A stretch of 46,102 bases of DNA from Bacteriovoracia bacterium (GCA_046570105.1 JBKHVI010000017.1:1-46102); one strand, 5' to 3'; shown: positions 1 through 10,171, counted from the first letter of the stretch. The notes: generated by a model not told the origin, from the letters alone. Numbers and translations are program-made.

Positions 1-384
1 AAAGACTACGGCTTCTACACTGATCCCTACTCAGACTTTGGCCGTCTTGCGATGGAGCTATGGCGTGCCGCTCGTCTCGTAGTTGATACCGCCGTTCACA
101 CTAAGGGCTGGACCCGCGCAGAGGCCATCAAATGGCTCGATGACAATACCTCAAGCCCTCACACAGAGAACGTGCGTGCAATCGAGCGCTATATCGTGAT
201 GCCAGGACAGGCGACCGCCTACAAAATCGGTATGCTGAAAATTCTTGAACTCCGCGAGAAAGCGAAAGCTGCCTTGGGTGCAAAATTTGATATCCGCGCC
301 TTCCACGACGAAGTCTTAAAAGACGGAGCTGTGCCGATGAGTGTGTTAGAAGAAAAAATTAACGCTTGGATTAAACGAATTTAG
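1..384 (+). CDS. DUF885 family protein, C-terminal part (starts before the window)
   Basis: Frame 1 is open from base 1: KDYGFYTDPYSDFGRLAMELWRAARLVVDT...IERYIVMPGQATAYKIG...FDIRAFHDEVLKDGAVP, the typical DUF885 C-terminus. Confidence 0.9.
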   Translation, partial: KDYGFYTDPYSDFGRLAMELWRAARLVVDTAVHTKGWTRAEAIKWLDDNTSSPHTENVRAIERYIVMPGQATAYKIGMLKILELREKAKAALGAKFDIRAFHDEVLKDGAVPMSVLEEKINAWIKRI

Positions 385-395
385 CCTTTTAATGG

Positions 396-426
396 TGAGC
401 CTCTATCCGTAGAGGCTCATTTATTT
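396..426 (+). terminator. Intrinsic terminator between the convergent DUF885 gene and rmuC
   Basis: TGAGCCTCTA-tccg-TAGAGGCTCA, a perfect 10-bp stem followed by TTTATTT. Confidence 0.8.
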
Positions 427-450
427 CCATTCATGTGCAAATCAATTCTC

Positions 451-1632
451 TCAGTGATCCAATTCAATCTGCTTGGTCGCTTTTGCACCTAGCTCTTTCA
501 GTTTTTCTAAACGCGAAACAATATTTCCTCGACCGGTATTGAGTTTTGAGAAGGCTTCGTCATAGTGCTTTTGCGTGACATCCATGGAGCCTTTGACCTT
601 CTCCATATCACCCACAAATCCGACAAATTTGTCATAGAGTTCACCTGCTTGGCGGGCGATTTCGAAGGCGTTTTTATTTTGTTTCTCTTGTCGCCAAATT
701 GATTCAATTGTTCTGAGAGTCACCATCAGAGTGGTGGGTGAAACGATGATAATTTTACGATCCCAGCCATAATTAAATATGTCCGCGTCCGTTTGTAGAG
801 CAGTGGCAAAAGCTCCTTCAACCGGCACAAACAATAATACAAAATCCGGAGTGAGGAGTTTTTCTAAAAGATGATACTTCTTATCTGAAAGACCACTCAC
901 ATGGCGCTTCAAGGAAGTCGTAAAATCTTTAAGCGCCACTACTTGCTCGGCATCATCCGTTGAAGAAATATAGCGCTCATAACTCACCAGACTCACTTTT
1001 GAATCGATGATAATGTGTTTGCCTTCTGGAAGATGAATGATGACATCGGGGCGCGAACTATTGCCTTCACCATCTTTGAGCTGCATATCACTACCCTGCA
1101 GAACATATTCTTCTCCGGCCCTAAGTCCTGAGGCCTCAAGAACTTTCTCAAGGATCAACTCACCCCAATTGCCTTGCATCTTAGTATCACCACGAAGAGC
1201 TCGCGTGAGGTTTTCTGCATCCGAACTTAGTTTTTGATTGAGCTTTAGGATATGCGCAATTTCAGTTTTAAGGGTGGTTGCTTCTTTCATTTCGTCTTCA
1301 CGATACTGTGTGACCTTAAGCTGAAACTCGTTGAGCTTTTCCTTAAAAGGATCAAGCATGCGCAAATTATCTTTTTGTATATAGACCATCTTCTCATGAA
1401 AAATTTTATTGGCGAGTCCTTCAAACTCCTTTCCCATACGGTCTTTCATTTCTTTGAGATCCCGTATTTTTTCGTCAGATGATCGCTGCGATTCTTTTAA
1501 AGTGGCGTTCTCAGTTGAAAGGAAAAGGATTTGTCCCTGTAACCTCTCAACCTCGCTCGTCTTCGTTCTTAACAGGTAAAACAGAATACCTGAACCAACA
1601 AAAACACCCGCTAAAAAAAATAATATTTCCAT
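451..1632 (-). CDS. rmuC: DNA recombination protein RmuC
   Basis: N-terminal TM helix and coiled coil; QGNWGELILEKVLEASGL, RPDVIIHLP, IIDSKVSL, DFVLLFVPVEGAF and IIVSPTTL motifs. Confidence 0.95.
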   Translation of the reverse strand: MEILFFLAGVFVGSGILFYLLRTKTSEVERLQGQILFLSTENATLKESQRSSDEKIRDLKEMKDRMGKEFEGLANKIFHEKMVYIQKDNLRMLDPFKEKLNEFQLKVTQYREDEMKEATTLKTEIAHILKLNQKLSSDAENLTRALRGDTKMQGNWGELILEKVLEASGLRAGEEYVLQGSDMQLKDGEGNSSRPDVIIHLPEGKHIIIDSKVSLVSYERYISSTDDAEQVVALKDFTTSLKRHVSGLSDKKYHLLEKLLTPDFVLLFVPVEGAFATALQTDADIFNYGWDRKIIIVSPTTLMVTLRTIESIWRQEKQNKNAFEIARQAGELYDKFVGFVGDMEKVKGSMDVTQKHYDEAFSKLNTGRGNIVSRLEKLKELGAKATKQIELDH

Positions 1633-1638
1633 ATGTTC

Positions 1639-2298
1639 CTACTGAACTTGTTGCGAGAGCGCTTGAATAATTAACTGGCGAAGGGGTTCATAACCAAATG
1701 TCGTGAGAGGCACTCCGTTTACAAAAAACGAAGGCGTCATGCGAACACCTAAAGTCTGACCTTCTTGCGTATCTTGTTTGATAATCTCTTCAATCTCAGG
1801 TGAGTTCATCTCTGCTTTTAGTTTTTCAATATCTAGATCAAGTTTAGAAATATAATTCCAAATTAGCTCTGGCCGTGGATTGTGATGATCGCCCCACTGT
1901 GGCTGATACTGATAGAGCGTATCAAGCGTTTCCCAATAGCGATTTTGCTTGCGGGCCGCTTCTAAAATTTGAATAGCAAAGCGTGAGTTGGGATGAAAAG
2001 GTGCGTATCTAAAAACAAAAAGCACCTTACCTTGAAATTCCTCCAAAAGCATTTTTGTCATAGGATGAAAGGCGCGGCAACTCTCACATTCTGGATCAAA
2101 AAATTCAACAACAGTGACTGGCGCACCTTCACGTCCAAGGCGAGCGGCCGTTCTGCGAATAAGAATATCAGAGGAGGTTTTAGTAATTTCACTCACTCGA
2201 GCGACTTCTCTATTTTCAAGAAAGCGCTTACCAAAGAAAAAACCTGCTACCGCTAAGGCCACAACTCCTACAACGAGGAATGCGCGATTAAACTTCAT
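1639..2298 (-). CDS. dsbA: DsbA/BdbD-type thioredoxin-fold disulfide oxidoreductase
   Basis: N-terminal membrane anchor; VVEFFDPECESC (CxxC) and GVRMTPSFFVNG cis-Pro loop. Confidence 0.88.
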   Translation of the reverse strand: MKFNRAFLVVGVVALAVAGFFFGKRFLENREVARVSEITKTSSDILIRRTAARLGREGAPVTVVEFFDPECESCRAFHPMTKMLLEEFQGKVLFVFRYAPFHPNSRFAIQILEAARKQNRYWETLDTLYQYQPQWGDHHNPRPELIWNYISKLDLDIEKLKAEMNSPEIEEIIKQDTQEGQTLGVRMTPSFFVNGVPLTTFGYEPLRQLIIQALSQQVQ

Positions 2299-2701
2299 AA
2301 GACTTCCTTAAATGAATGAGACCGCTAAGAATAATAGTAAAGGCGACCAGTGAGAGTAAGGGAATGGTGATAAAACCAAGCCACTCCAGCTGAACCGTAG
2401 TGCATGAAATTCCCTGAGTGCAAGGGGCCATATGTTCTGGAATAAGCTTGTAGTAAAGCAGATTGTGATAAACAGCAATTCCCCATCCGATCAAGGTCAA
2501 CGGCAGAGCATAACGAATAACTTTCATATCAAGTGGAAAGAGAGCGAGTCCAAAGAGCAAAACTAACGGATACATCGCAATACGTTGATACCAGCACAAA
2601 AGACAGGGTGGCAGCAGCATCACTTCGCTAAAAAACAAACTTCCCGTTGTCGCGCCAACACTTACGATCCATAGGACAAAAAGTTTAAACCAATTATCCA
2701 T
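2288..2701 (-). CDS. dsbB: Disulfide bond formation protein DsbB/BdbC
   Basis: SLFFSEVMLLPPCLLCWYQRIAMYPL plus a second Cys pair (PCTQGISC). The likely start is the ATG at 2701 (MDNWF), which overlaps the MTase stop. Confidence 0.9.
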   Translation of the reverse strand: MDNWFKLFVLWIVSVGATTGSLFFSEVMLLPPCLLCWYQRIAMYPLVLLFGLALFPLDMKVIRYALPLTLIGWGIAVYHNLLYYKLIPEHMAPCTQGISCTTVQLEWLGFITIPLLSLVAFTIILSGLIHLRKSYEV

Positions 2702-3866
2702 GAGCATTCTCCCAGCTATGGTGATCGGTGTTACGGTAACGAGAATGAATTTCATCTGTTTGCGAGAAAGAAATCAAACCTTGATCAAATTGTATTAAGT
2801 GATTACCAATGGCTCGACCCAGCTCACAGGGAACTGCATTCCCAATTTGCTTGTACTGCTGCAAAACTTTACCCGCAAACCTAAAAGATTTCGGGAAAGT
2901 TTGAATGGCGGCATATTCTTCAACTGAAAGTGGGCGATCAAGCTCCGGGTGACAGAGATCAGTCGCCGGCATAGTAGGAGACGTTACCAGGGTGGGTGAA
3001 GGATTATCCCAAGCAAGGCGACGATAAAAACCAGTGCGCCCTCCTCCTGAATGAAGACTCTTCCCCATCGCCGCCTCTTTGTGCTTTTCAGGAAGACTGC
3101 GCCAATTCTGACCAGGGCCTAGCATCTTAAAAAACTTTAAACGCTTTTCAGGAAAATTCACATGAGTCTGAACCGTGGTCTTTTTGATTGAACCAATGGC
3201 ATCTTCCACCGTTCTCCAACGTTTTTTTCCAACGCCCGGCTCTTTGGCATGTGTCGCTCTTAACAAGGGAATATCAAGTCCGTCTCGACTAGCGAGCATG
3301 ACAATCCGCTCACGAATCTGAGGAACCCCAAAATTGGCCGCATTATAAAGTGTGAATGAAACGCGATATCCCGCCTTATTGAGTTTATTGATAATAAACT
3401 TCAAGGCCCCACCTGGAAGTTCATCTCGACTCAACGGTGGAAAGCCGTTCCCTCTTTGTTCATGAGGACGATGCTTGAGAGCGGCCGACAATAATCCGCG
3501 AACATTTTCAATCACCGCATACTTGGGCTGCAGACCTTCAATCAGATCGATAAAATGAATGAAGACATTTCCTCGATCATCGTTCAAGGAATTTCTTTTG
3601 CCGGCCGTTGAGAAGGCCTGACAGGGAGGCCCCCCGACAACGGCAAATAGCTCGCCTTTTTTGAGCTTATGATCTTTCAGTAATTGTTTAGCTGTTAGTT
3701 CGCGAATATCAGACTCGTATAATTTCACCTGAGGGCGATTGAGCCGAATTGTTTGGCAAAAAACTTTTTCTACTTCATTAAAACTCACGGCCTCAAGGCC
3801 TGCTTCTTCCAGACCTAAATCGAGACCTAAAGCTCCTGAGAAAAATGACATGTATTTGTAGGCCAT
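2694..3866 (-). CDS. C5 DNA cytosine methyltransferase (M.SinI-like, orphan)
   Basis: Motif I SFFSGALG, motif IV GGPPCQAFS, motif VI ENVRG, motif VIII QIRER, motif X QIGNAVP. Start taken at MAYKY (3866). Confidence 0.95.
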   Translation of the reverse strand: MAYKYMSFFSGALGLDLGLEEAGLEAVSFNEVEKVFCQTIRLNRPQVKLYESDIRELTAKQLLKDHKLKKGELFAVVGGPPCQAFSTAGKRNSLNDDRGNVFIHFIDLIEGLQPKYAVIENVRGLLSAALKHRPHEQRGNGFPPLSRDELPGGALKFIINKLNKAGYRVSFTLYNAANFGVPQIRERIVMLASRDGLDIPLLRATHAKEPGVGKKRWRTVEDAIGSIKKTTVQTHVNFPEKRLKFFKMLGPGQNWRSLPEKHKEAAMGKSLHSGGGRTGFYRRLAWDNPSPTLVTSPTMPATDLCHPELDRPLSVEEYAAIQTFPKSFRFAGKVLQQYKQIGNAVPCELGRAIGNHLIQFDQGLISFSQTDEIHSRYRNTDHHSWENAHG

Positions 3867-3942
3867 GCCCACTAGGCTACACAAAGCCCAACCCTTCTCC
3901 CAGAGGGAGCCTTAAACTTCTAAGCGACAGAGGGAAAATGTC

Positions 3943-3979
3943 AAAAAAGTGACTCTCCCCTAGTCGAAACCAGGGGAGA
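3943..3979 (-). terminator. Intrinsic terminator of the 3988-4395 gene
   Basis: Minus strand reads TCTCCCCTGGT-TTCG-ACTAGGGGAGA, with a T6 tract a few nt downstream. Confidence 0.7.
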
Positions 3980-3987
3980 AAATGAAT

Positions 3988-4395
3988 TTAGTAAACTGAA
4001 CCGTCGGCGCGGTAGCACTGCTGACCTTTTTCAGGTTGTTCAGCATATTGATCGGTAAAGCTCGTCACCTCACCACTTGAGTCAAACATAAGCGAGTCAT
4101 CATAGCTCCAACTGAAGTAAACAGGCGCCTCAGTGGTCACTGTTCCAAGGAACGGACGTGTAACTTCTAACAAAAGGCTCGTTTTAGAATCGCGAGCTTT
4201 ATCGATCGCCATTTGATAACAATCCTGCCAATTTTTGGTTCTTTTTTTGAACTTGGCCGAAGTGATCCGCACAGTATTTAGCACTGTTCCAGTAGTTGAA
4301 AGAATCGCTGCGTGGCCCTGAACGGTGCACATTTCTCCGGCCATGCTCACCGAACTGGCCAATATTAGGCCTGTCGCAAGAAGAAAGTTTTTCAT
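3988..4395 (-). CDS. Exported hypothetical protein
   Basis: SD GAGG; signal peptide MKNFLLATGLILASSVSMA; followed by a terminator. Confidence 0.8.
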   Translation of the reverse strand: MKNFLLATGLILASSVSMAGEMCTVQGHAAILSTTGTVLNTVRITSAKFKKRTKNWQDCYQMAIDKARDSKTSLLLEVTRPFLGTVTTEAPVYFSWSYDDSLMFDSSGEVTSFTDQYAEQPEKGQQCYRADGSVY

Positions 4396-4534
4396 ATAAA
4401 CCTCACTGAATTTGTATGTAGTGATTCTGACACAGTTTTTGACCCCTCTTAGAACCTTTGAAATTCTTTCACGTCCTGATTTGTAAATACCGAATCAAGG
4501 TAGAGTTCAGCTCTTTATTCAACGAGGTTAAGTC

Positions 4535-7500
4535 TTGAAAAGAGCATTCTTTCTTGTACTCCTTCTCACCTGTGTGCCCGCTTGGGCCCTCCAGGAGCTG
4601 CCCTTTGATTCTCAGCTCACGAGCAGCATCCAAGAGACTTTCTTTGAAGGTCCGGGACTTGCTGAAACCAAGATAACAATCTTTGAAGAAAAAATTCAAA
4701 AACGCCGTCATGAGATCGTGACACTCATCAGCCGCAACCATCTTTTGCGCGAGAGAAAGAAACCCGAAAAACTCGAAGAAGAATTGGCCAACGAAGAACT
4801 CATTCGGCTTTATGATCTTATTTTAAATGACCTCAAGCTGATACGGACTTCGGCCAGTATGACAGAGGCGCAGTTAATTGCATCTCGCATCTTGGAAATG
4901 GAATACTCAACTTTGGTTGAGGGAGTAAGGCCCATTGTCGAAATCGGTCTTAACTACATTCCAAACATTCTTAAACGTTGGAAAATTAAAAAACAAACCC
5001 CACCCGGATCAGAAGCTTCCAATCTCTTTGATCAAGTGAGTGGTCTCTATTTTACACCTCAAGAGCTCGATCAACTTAAAACTGAGGGTGTGGATATCTC
5101 CCAATTGGATCCCGCCAATGAAACCAGCTTTTGGACGAAGCGAGAGATTAAAGATGTAAGTGTTAAGGATGTCTCACAAGGCAAACTCAGACTTTATGAA
5201 GACATTGCTATCAATTTCCCTGAAGGCGTCGCTGAATACAAAAAAGTTCGCAAGACACAAACCAAGCCGAAAATTGATGTCGTTGCCGTTGTAAATGGAA
5301 AAAAACAAACTTTCAAAATAAAAGTTGGCGCCGAAGTTCACTCCGAAATCACGGCAGGCCTCTTGATGGCGACATTAGGCTACAACATCGACATGTCTCG
5401 CTATGCTCGTGATTTTAAAATGATCCTGCCTAAGAAAGTTAAGTTCCGTGATGTCAAAAAAGAGTGGAACTCATATTTCCAAAACTATGACCTTGATAAA
5501 TATATCAAAGAGCATGGCAAGACTGATAAGGGCGAAGACTATGTTGTCTTCACCGAAACTATCATTGAAACAAAACCGGAAGAAATTCTACGAGCGGGCC
5601 CTTGGGCCTGGGGAAAATTAGGGAAACGCGGTCTACGTGAGGCCCGCGGGATTCTTTTGTTTAATATGTGGATCGGAAATACTGACATTAAAGAATCTGA
5701 AAATAACAAAATGGTCATGAAGCCAAAAGCCGATGGCTCATTTGAAATTTTCCATATGCAGCACGATATGGGACTTAGCTTTGGACGTTGGATATCAGAG
5801 AAGCCAGGTGAATTCCCCTGGGACATCATTTCAAAAAACAGCGCTGGAGAAATTGGCATCAACTATCGCAGTTTTCAAACCAATAGTGGTTTTGATCATG
5901 TGACTTATGCTGATATGAAATGGATGGCACGCCAGATTGCCCAACTTTCGCGCGAGCAAATTTCTCAAAGTGTCGAATTAGCTGGCTGGCCTATTTCACT
6001 TCAAAAACTTATTACTGAAAAGCTTATCAATCGTCGTAATCAACTCGTGAGTGCTTTTGAAATGGAAGATGAATTTCCATTGATCGATTGTAATCGCACA
6101 CTCACAACCGAAGACAGTGCAGTTCAAGATGGCCGCTTAACTCGCTCACAATTTGAAGGCCACACGCAGAACTATCACAATGAAGTCTTCAATCTTCTTA
6201 AGCCTGTGTATGAAGGCCTTGAGATGATTGCAGTACAGACACTTCAAGGGATCGCATCGAGTTTTGATAAAAAGACTTTTCTAGCGAGTGACTTTGGTCT
6301 TGAAACAGATATTGTCTCCGAAGTTGAAGTGACTTTTGGTCGTGATATTATTCCCAACACTCGCCAAACTGGTGACGATGATAAATTCATTGTCGAAGAC
6401 ACCATGAATGTCCGCTTTGGATTGGGCTATGGCATCATCGTTCGAGGCAAGGCCAATTACGTTAAGACTTACAAACTCGCTTACCCTGTCAAAGATCGCC
6501 AGACGGGGATGTACAATAACAACTTTATTGTAAATGTGTTGCTCCCCTACCACGCTCGCAAAGGAAAACTTCCAGAAAGCTATGTGCTCATCATGGAAGA
6601 TGCTATTGAGGCAGAAGGGATTGTAGAGTTCGCGCCTTCACAGCTTTATCTTGGAACATCATTCTCGGCCTTGGTTGGTAAGCTCAGTCGCACGGTGGTC
6701 TCCCATAAAGAAAATAAGTACAAAATTTTTAAAGACAAGAGTCTTTACCGCGAATTCAATCATCGCATTTTTGCGCACTTCTGGATTCTACGAATTCCTA
6801 TATGGAAATGGACTAATAACAAGGGCCATCTGCATCGTGATATTTACGAGATTAATCCAGCAAAAGGTGACTCTGAGGCTAAACTTGCTGCGATTGATAG
6901 ATTCTTGCGATCAAATGATGAGTATCACTTAGAAGAGGTCTCTGAACGCAGTGACCTCAGCACCCAGTACCACTTAAATAGAATGCGACTTAATTTCTTA
7001 TCGCTATATAAATTTAGATCGCTCCGTCGCATTGACTATATCCGTGAAAACGAAATCGATAATGGCGTGGTGGAAGAGTCGAGAAATCTTCTCCAAATCA
7101 GCCATCTTGGTCTTTCTCAATGGGCCATCGTAGGCAATGACCATACCAAGGAACTAAAACTCACCGCCAAGATTGAAAGCGATGGTGAAGTTAAAAATCC
7201 CTCAGTCCAAATCAATCTTTTGGTGGTTGATCGTGATACCAAATCAAAAGAACTATCACGTGACTATATTCCCATGCTCAATGGTCTCTCAAACGATCAG
7301 AAGTTTATTGATTTCACCCCTACTCTTCACACTACCAATGACCGCTGGGGCGAAACACATATGTATGCCAATTTGGTATACGGTGAAAAAGCGATTAATA
7401 AAATTATCGCTTTCACAGACAAGGAATTATGGACATCTCTCTCTGAAGTGACGGGTGTGTCTATTGAAAAGCTCCAATTCCGCCCGACCGGTAGTCCAAG

Positions 7501-7861
7501 GACACATAATCAACGCCACCCTCATCCATTGGGCCAAAGACTTCGAACGATTATTTCTAAACTTAAGAAGGCCCGTGCGCAAACAGGCAAGGCGCAATTG
7601 ATAAGCTTTATGGAAGCTCTCAATAAGTCCGTGTGGAAAGGCGAAGGCAGTTTTAATCCTTTCATCCTCGCTACGTTTAATAAGCTCCTAAGTACCAAGC
7701 ACTTTTATTTGACTGGTTTGATTATGCAGGCGCCAGATAAAGAAAATAAATATCCCGCTCGCACTCCTCTCTATAATGAAATGGGTGAAGAGAGAGAACT
7801 CAAATATGCTTATAAAGAATTCGACTTCAATGACGTCCGAATGGTTTGGGAAGTTTTCTAA
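4535..7861 (+). CDS. Large exported protein with an atypical (PI3K/HipA-like) kinase-type domain
   Basis: 1108-aa ORF with TTG start and signal peptide; KIKVGAEVHSE, WIGNTDIKESENN and HDMGLSFG motifs. Confidence 0.7.
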   Translation: MKRAFFLVLLLTCVPAWALQELPFDSQLTSSIQETFFEGPGLAETKITIFEEKIQKRRHEIVTLISRNHLLRERKKPEKLEEELANEELIRLYDLILNDLKLIRTSASMTEAQLIASRILEMEYSTLVEGVRPIVEIGLNYIPNILKRWKIKKQTPPGSEASNLFDQVSGLYFTPQELDQLKTEGVDISQLDPANETSFWTKREIKDVSVKDVSQGKLRLYEDIAINFPEGVAEYKKVRKTQTKPKIDVVAVVNGKKQTFKIKVGAEVHSEITAGLLMATLGYNIDMSRYARDFKMILPKKVKFRDVKKEWNSYFQNYDLDKYIKEHGKTDKGEDYVVFTETIIETKPEEILRAGPWAWGKLGKRGLREARGILLFNMWIGNTDIKESENNKMVMKPKADGSFEIFHMQHDMGLSFGRWISEKPGEFPWDIISKNSAGEIGINYRSFQTNSGFDHVTYADMKWMARQIAQLSREQISQSVELAGWPISLQKLITEKLINRRNQLVSAFEMEDEFPLIDCNRTLTTEDSAVQDGRLTRSQFEGHTQNYHNEVFNLLKPVYEGLEMIAVQTLQGIASSFDKKTFLASDFGLETDIVSEVEVTFGRDIIPNTRQTGDDDKFIVEDTMNVRFGLGYGIIVRGKANYVKTYKLAYPVKDRQTGMYNNNFIVNVLLPYHARKGKLPESYVLIMEDAIEAEGIVEFAPSQLYLGTSFSALVGKLSRTVVSHKENKYKIFKDKSLYREFNHRIFAHFWILRIPIWKWTNNKGHLHRDIYEINPAKGDSEAKLAAIDRFLRSNDEYHLEEVSERSDLSTQYHLNRMRLNFLSLYKFRSLRRIDYIRENEIDNGVVEESRNLLQISHLGLSQWAIVGNDHTKELKLTAKIESDGEVKNPSVQINLLVVDRDTKSKELSRDYIPMLNGLSNDQKFIDFTPTLHTTNDRWGETHMYANLVYGEKAINKIIAFTDKELWTSLSEVTGVSIEKLQFRPTGSPRTHNQRHPHPLGQRLRTIISKLKKARAQTGKAQLISFMEALNKSVWKGEGSFNPFILATFNKLLSTKHFYLTGLIMQAPDKENKYPARTPLYNEMGEERELKYAYKEFDFNDVRMVWEVF

Positions 7862-8568
7862 ATTTTCGTATCGATTGCTAGAAGCTTAAATTCACCCACT
7901 GGTAATTCAGCAAGATTGAGTTCACCAAATTTTGAGCGATGAAGCTTCACCACGTGAGTTCCAACGGCTGCAAACATCCTTCTGACTTGATGATAGCGTC
8001 CTTCCTGAAGTGTCACCCTGGCCTCAAACTCACTCACAATTTCAAGTTTAGCAGGCAAACAAGGTTTGCTCTCTCCATTGAGCATTAACTCACCTGAAGC
8101 GAAAATACTCACCATCTCAGGTCGCAGCGGTTTTTCGACAGTGGCCACGTACACTTTGGCAACATGATGCTTGGGAGAAGTCAAAGTGTGAACGAGTTCA
8201 TGTCGATCCGTTAAGAGTAAAAGGCCGCTGGTGTCTTTATCAAGGCGACCTACGCTCACCACTTGTGGATTACGCTCCCGCCAGCGAGCTGGCAAAAGAT
8301 CATAAACCAACTTGCCTTCCTCATCGTTATGGGAACATACAAACCCCAAAGGTTTATGCATAAGAATGAGAAGACCTAGAGGGTTGTCGAGCGGCTCCCC
8401 TTCAAAGCGAATCAAGCTGGGATCAACGCGAAGATCTGATTTCACTTTATCGATACCATCGATTGTGATCAGTTTCTTTTTCAATAAAATATCGACTTCA
8501 CGGCGAGAGCCATAACCTAGGCTTGCCAGTAATTGATCAAGGCGTGGGTGTCGCTTATCGCTCGGCAT
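7858..8568 (-). CDS. rsuA: rRNA pseudouridine synthase, RsuA family
   Basis: S4 domain RLDQLLASLGYGSRREV; HKPLG, GRLDKDTSGLLLLT and EGRYHQVRRMF. Confidence 0.9.
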   Translation of the reverse strand: MPSDKRHPRLDQLLASLGYGSRREVDILLKKKLITIDGIDKVKSDLRVDPSLIRFEGEPLDNPLGLLILMHKPLGFVCSHNDEEGKLVYDLLPARWRERNPQVVSVGRLDKDTSGLLLLTDRHELVHTLTSPKHHVAKVYVATVEKPLRPEMVSIFASGELMLNGESKPCLPAKLEIVSEFEARVTLQEGRYHQVRRMFAAVGTHVVKLHRSKFGELNLAELPVGEFKLLAIDTKI

Positions 8569-9541
8569 GGATCACCTTAAAGCCATCTTGCACCAGCACT
8601 TTTTCAGAATGTTTAAAAAGTCGCGAAATGGTATTTTCATAACCCAAAAAAACATTCGCTACGAGATAGAGTTTTCCTCCCTCTTTAAGCATCGAAGCCG
8701 CGGCATCAATGAAAGAGAGACCCAAGGTGGTATCAGCTGTATTGCCCTCATGAAATGGCGGATTCATGATGATCCAATCGAGCCCTTTGAGAATTCTCGC
8801 TTCAGGTCGAGTGATATCGACCCAATGAAACTCATTGCCTGAATAACTCACAAGATTGGCCCTGGCACATTCAAGGGCACGGTATTCAGCTTCCATCAGA
8901 TGAATTTTTACGTCGCTATTTTTTCGTAGAATTTCTCGAGAAAGAAGACCTGAGCCAGACCCAAGATCGGCCCCCACACCGGCCAGAGTCGGTATGGTCG
9001 TTAATAAAAGCTGCGAACCTCGATCAACTTTATTCCAACCATAAATACCCGGGATAGTATGGTGCCCATCAACTTCACTCATGCCCGCTTCTTGCTCCCA
9101 TAAACGCAGTAAATCCTCGTTCTGAACCATTGAACGCTTAAGCTTTACATACCGGCACTTGCGTTTACTCTCGGCTTCGAAATCACCACACAGCTCTTTA
9201 AGATGAGTGATATACCCACGGGCCCCTAGATCGTTGTCACAGACAAAAAGCAACTCTCCATCGTGGGCCAAGTGCTTTAACCCATGGGCGATGAGCCCCA
9301 GAGTTTCGATGCGCTGTCTGGTGGGAATAATGATGATGGAATGAAAATGCCCAGGACTGAGAGTTTGAGTGGCGTTAATCCCCAGCGTCTGTAGCTTCAA
9401 AACCTCCGGTCTCATGGTCTCAAAGACCAGACTGTCAGGAAGGCAGAGCTCTTTAACTAATTGAGAATCCAAACGTGGCAACCAACGACTCCCTTGAGGT
9501 AGGTCTTTTGAGAGCTCAATCGCTAAGGGAATTGCATTCAT
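8555..9541 (-). CDS. RsmC-like class I SAM-dependent rRNA methyltransferase
   Basis: PGIYGWNKVDRGSQLL, DLGSGSG, IMNPPFH and LYLVAN motifs. Confidence 0.85.
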   Translation of the reverse strand: MNAIPLAIELSKDLPQGSRWLPRLDSQLVKELCLPDSLVFETMRPEVLKLQTLGINATQTLSPGHFHSIIIIPTRQRIETLGLIAHGLKHLAHDGELLFVCDNDLGARGYITHLKELCGDFEAESKRKCRYVKLKRSMVQNEDLLRLWEQEAGMSEVDGHHTIPGIYGWNKVDRGSQLLLTTIPTLAGVGADLGSGSGLLSREILRKNSDVKIHLMEAEYRALECARANLVSYSGNEFHWVDITRPEARILKGLDWIIMNPPFHEGNTADTTLGLSFIDAAASMLKEGGKLYLVANVFLGYENTISRLFKHSEKVLVQDGFKVIHAER

Positions 9542-9661
9542 GGCCTCAACCTAGCACAAATTGACACACCCTCGACACATTGAATATCAATAATCTTATT
9601 TTTAGATTGTACGCTGCGCCTCCATCGAATTATAACTCGCTCAGCTTTTAAGGGAGGCCGT

Positions 9662-10165
9662 ATGAAACTTGTTATTTTAGCAGCACTTTTGATCACTTCT
9701 ACTCAACTTTTCGCTCAGGACATGTCTCGCACAGAGACCTATGAAGAAGCTTACCAGGACATGGAAGATGGCTCGAGCATGTACGTGGGCGGCTGTTCAC
9801 TTCATCAAGAATTTGAAGGAACAAAGTTCGTCGTCACTCAAGAAATCGTCGAATATTTTGAACCAGAATCGGATGAAGTGGCGGACTACAATCGCCGTAT
9901 GAAGCATGTCGATCCAAAATTGATTGCCGCCGTTATGCCCATCGTTGGCTGGGGCGACAGCTTGATCGAAACAGACGATATTACGCTAGAAAAAATTGAA
10001 AGCCTTTTGTTCCCTCATTTAGATCTCTATCGTTTCAACATTGGTGTGGGCGGCGGAAATGGTTTTTACGCCGTTCTCAGTAAAGTTGGATCGCATTACG
10101 AAGTCCTCTCTCATGTATTCGACGGTGACGTTGAATTCTGTGATAAAAAAGTTTGGACTAAGTAA
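9662..10165 (+). CDS. Exported acidic hypothetical protein
   Basis: SD GGGAGG; signal peptide; followed by a terminator. Confidence 0.8.
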   Translation: MKLVILAALLITSTQLFAQDMSRTETYEEAYQDMEDGSSMYVGGCSLHQEFEGTKFVVTQEIVEYFEPESDEVADYNRRMKHVDPKLIAAVMPIVGWGDSLIETDDITLEKIESLLFPHLDLYRFNIGVGGGNGFYAVLSKVGSHYEVLSHVFDGDVEFCDKKVWTK

Positions 10166-10171
10166 TCCCTT

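Noticed and set aside
2694..4395. Complete type II restriction-modification system
   Set aside because: The MTase neighbours are dsbB and a signal-peptide protein; no endonuclease-like ORF is adjacent.
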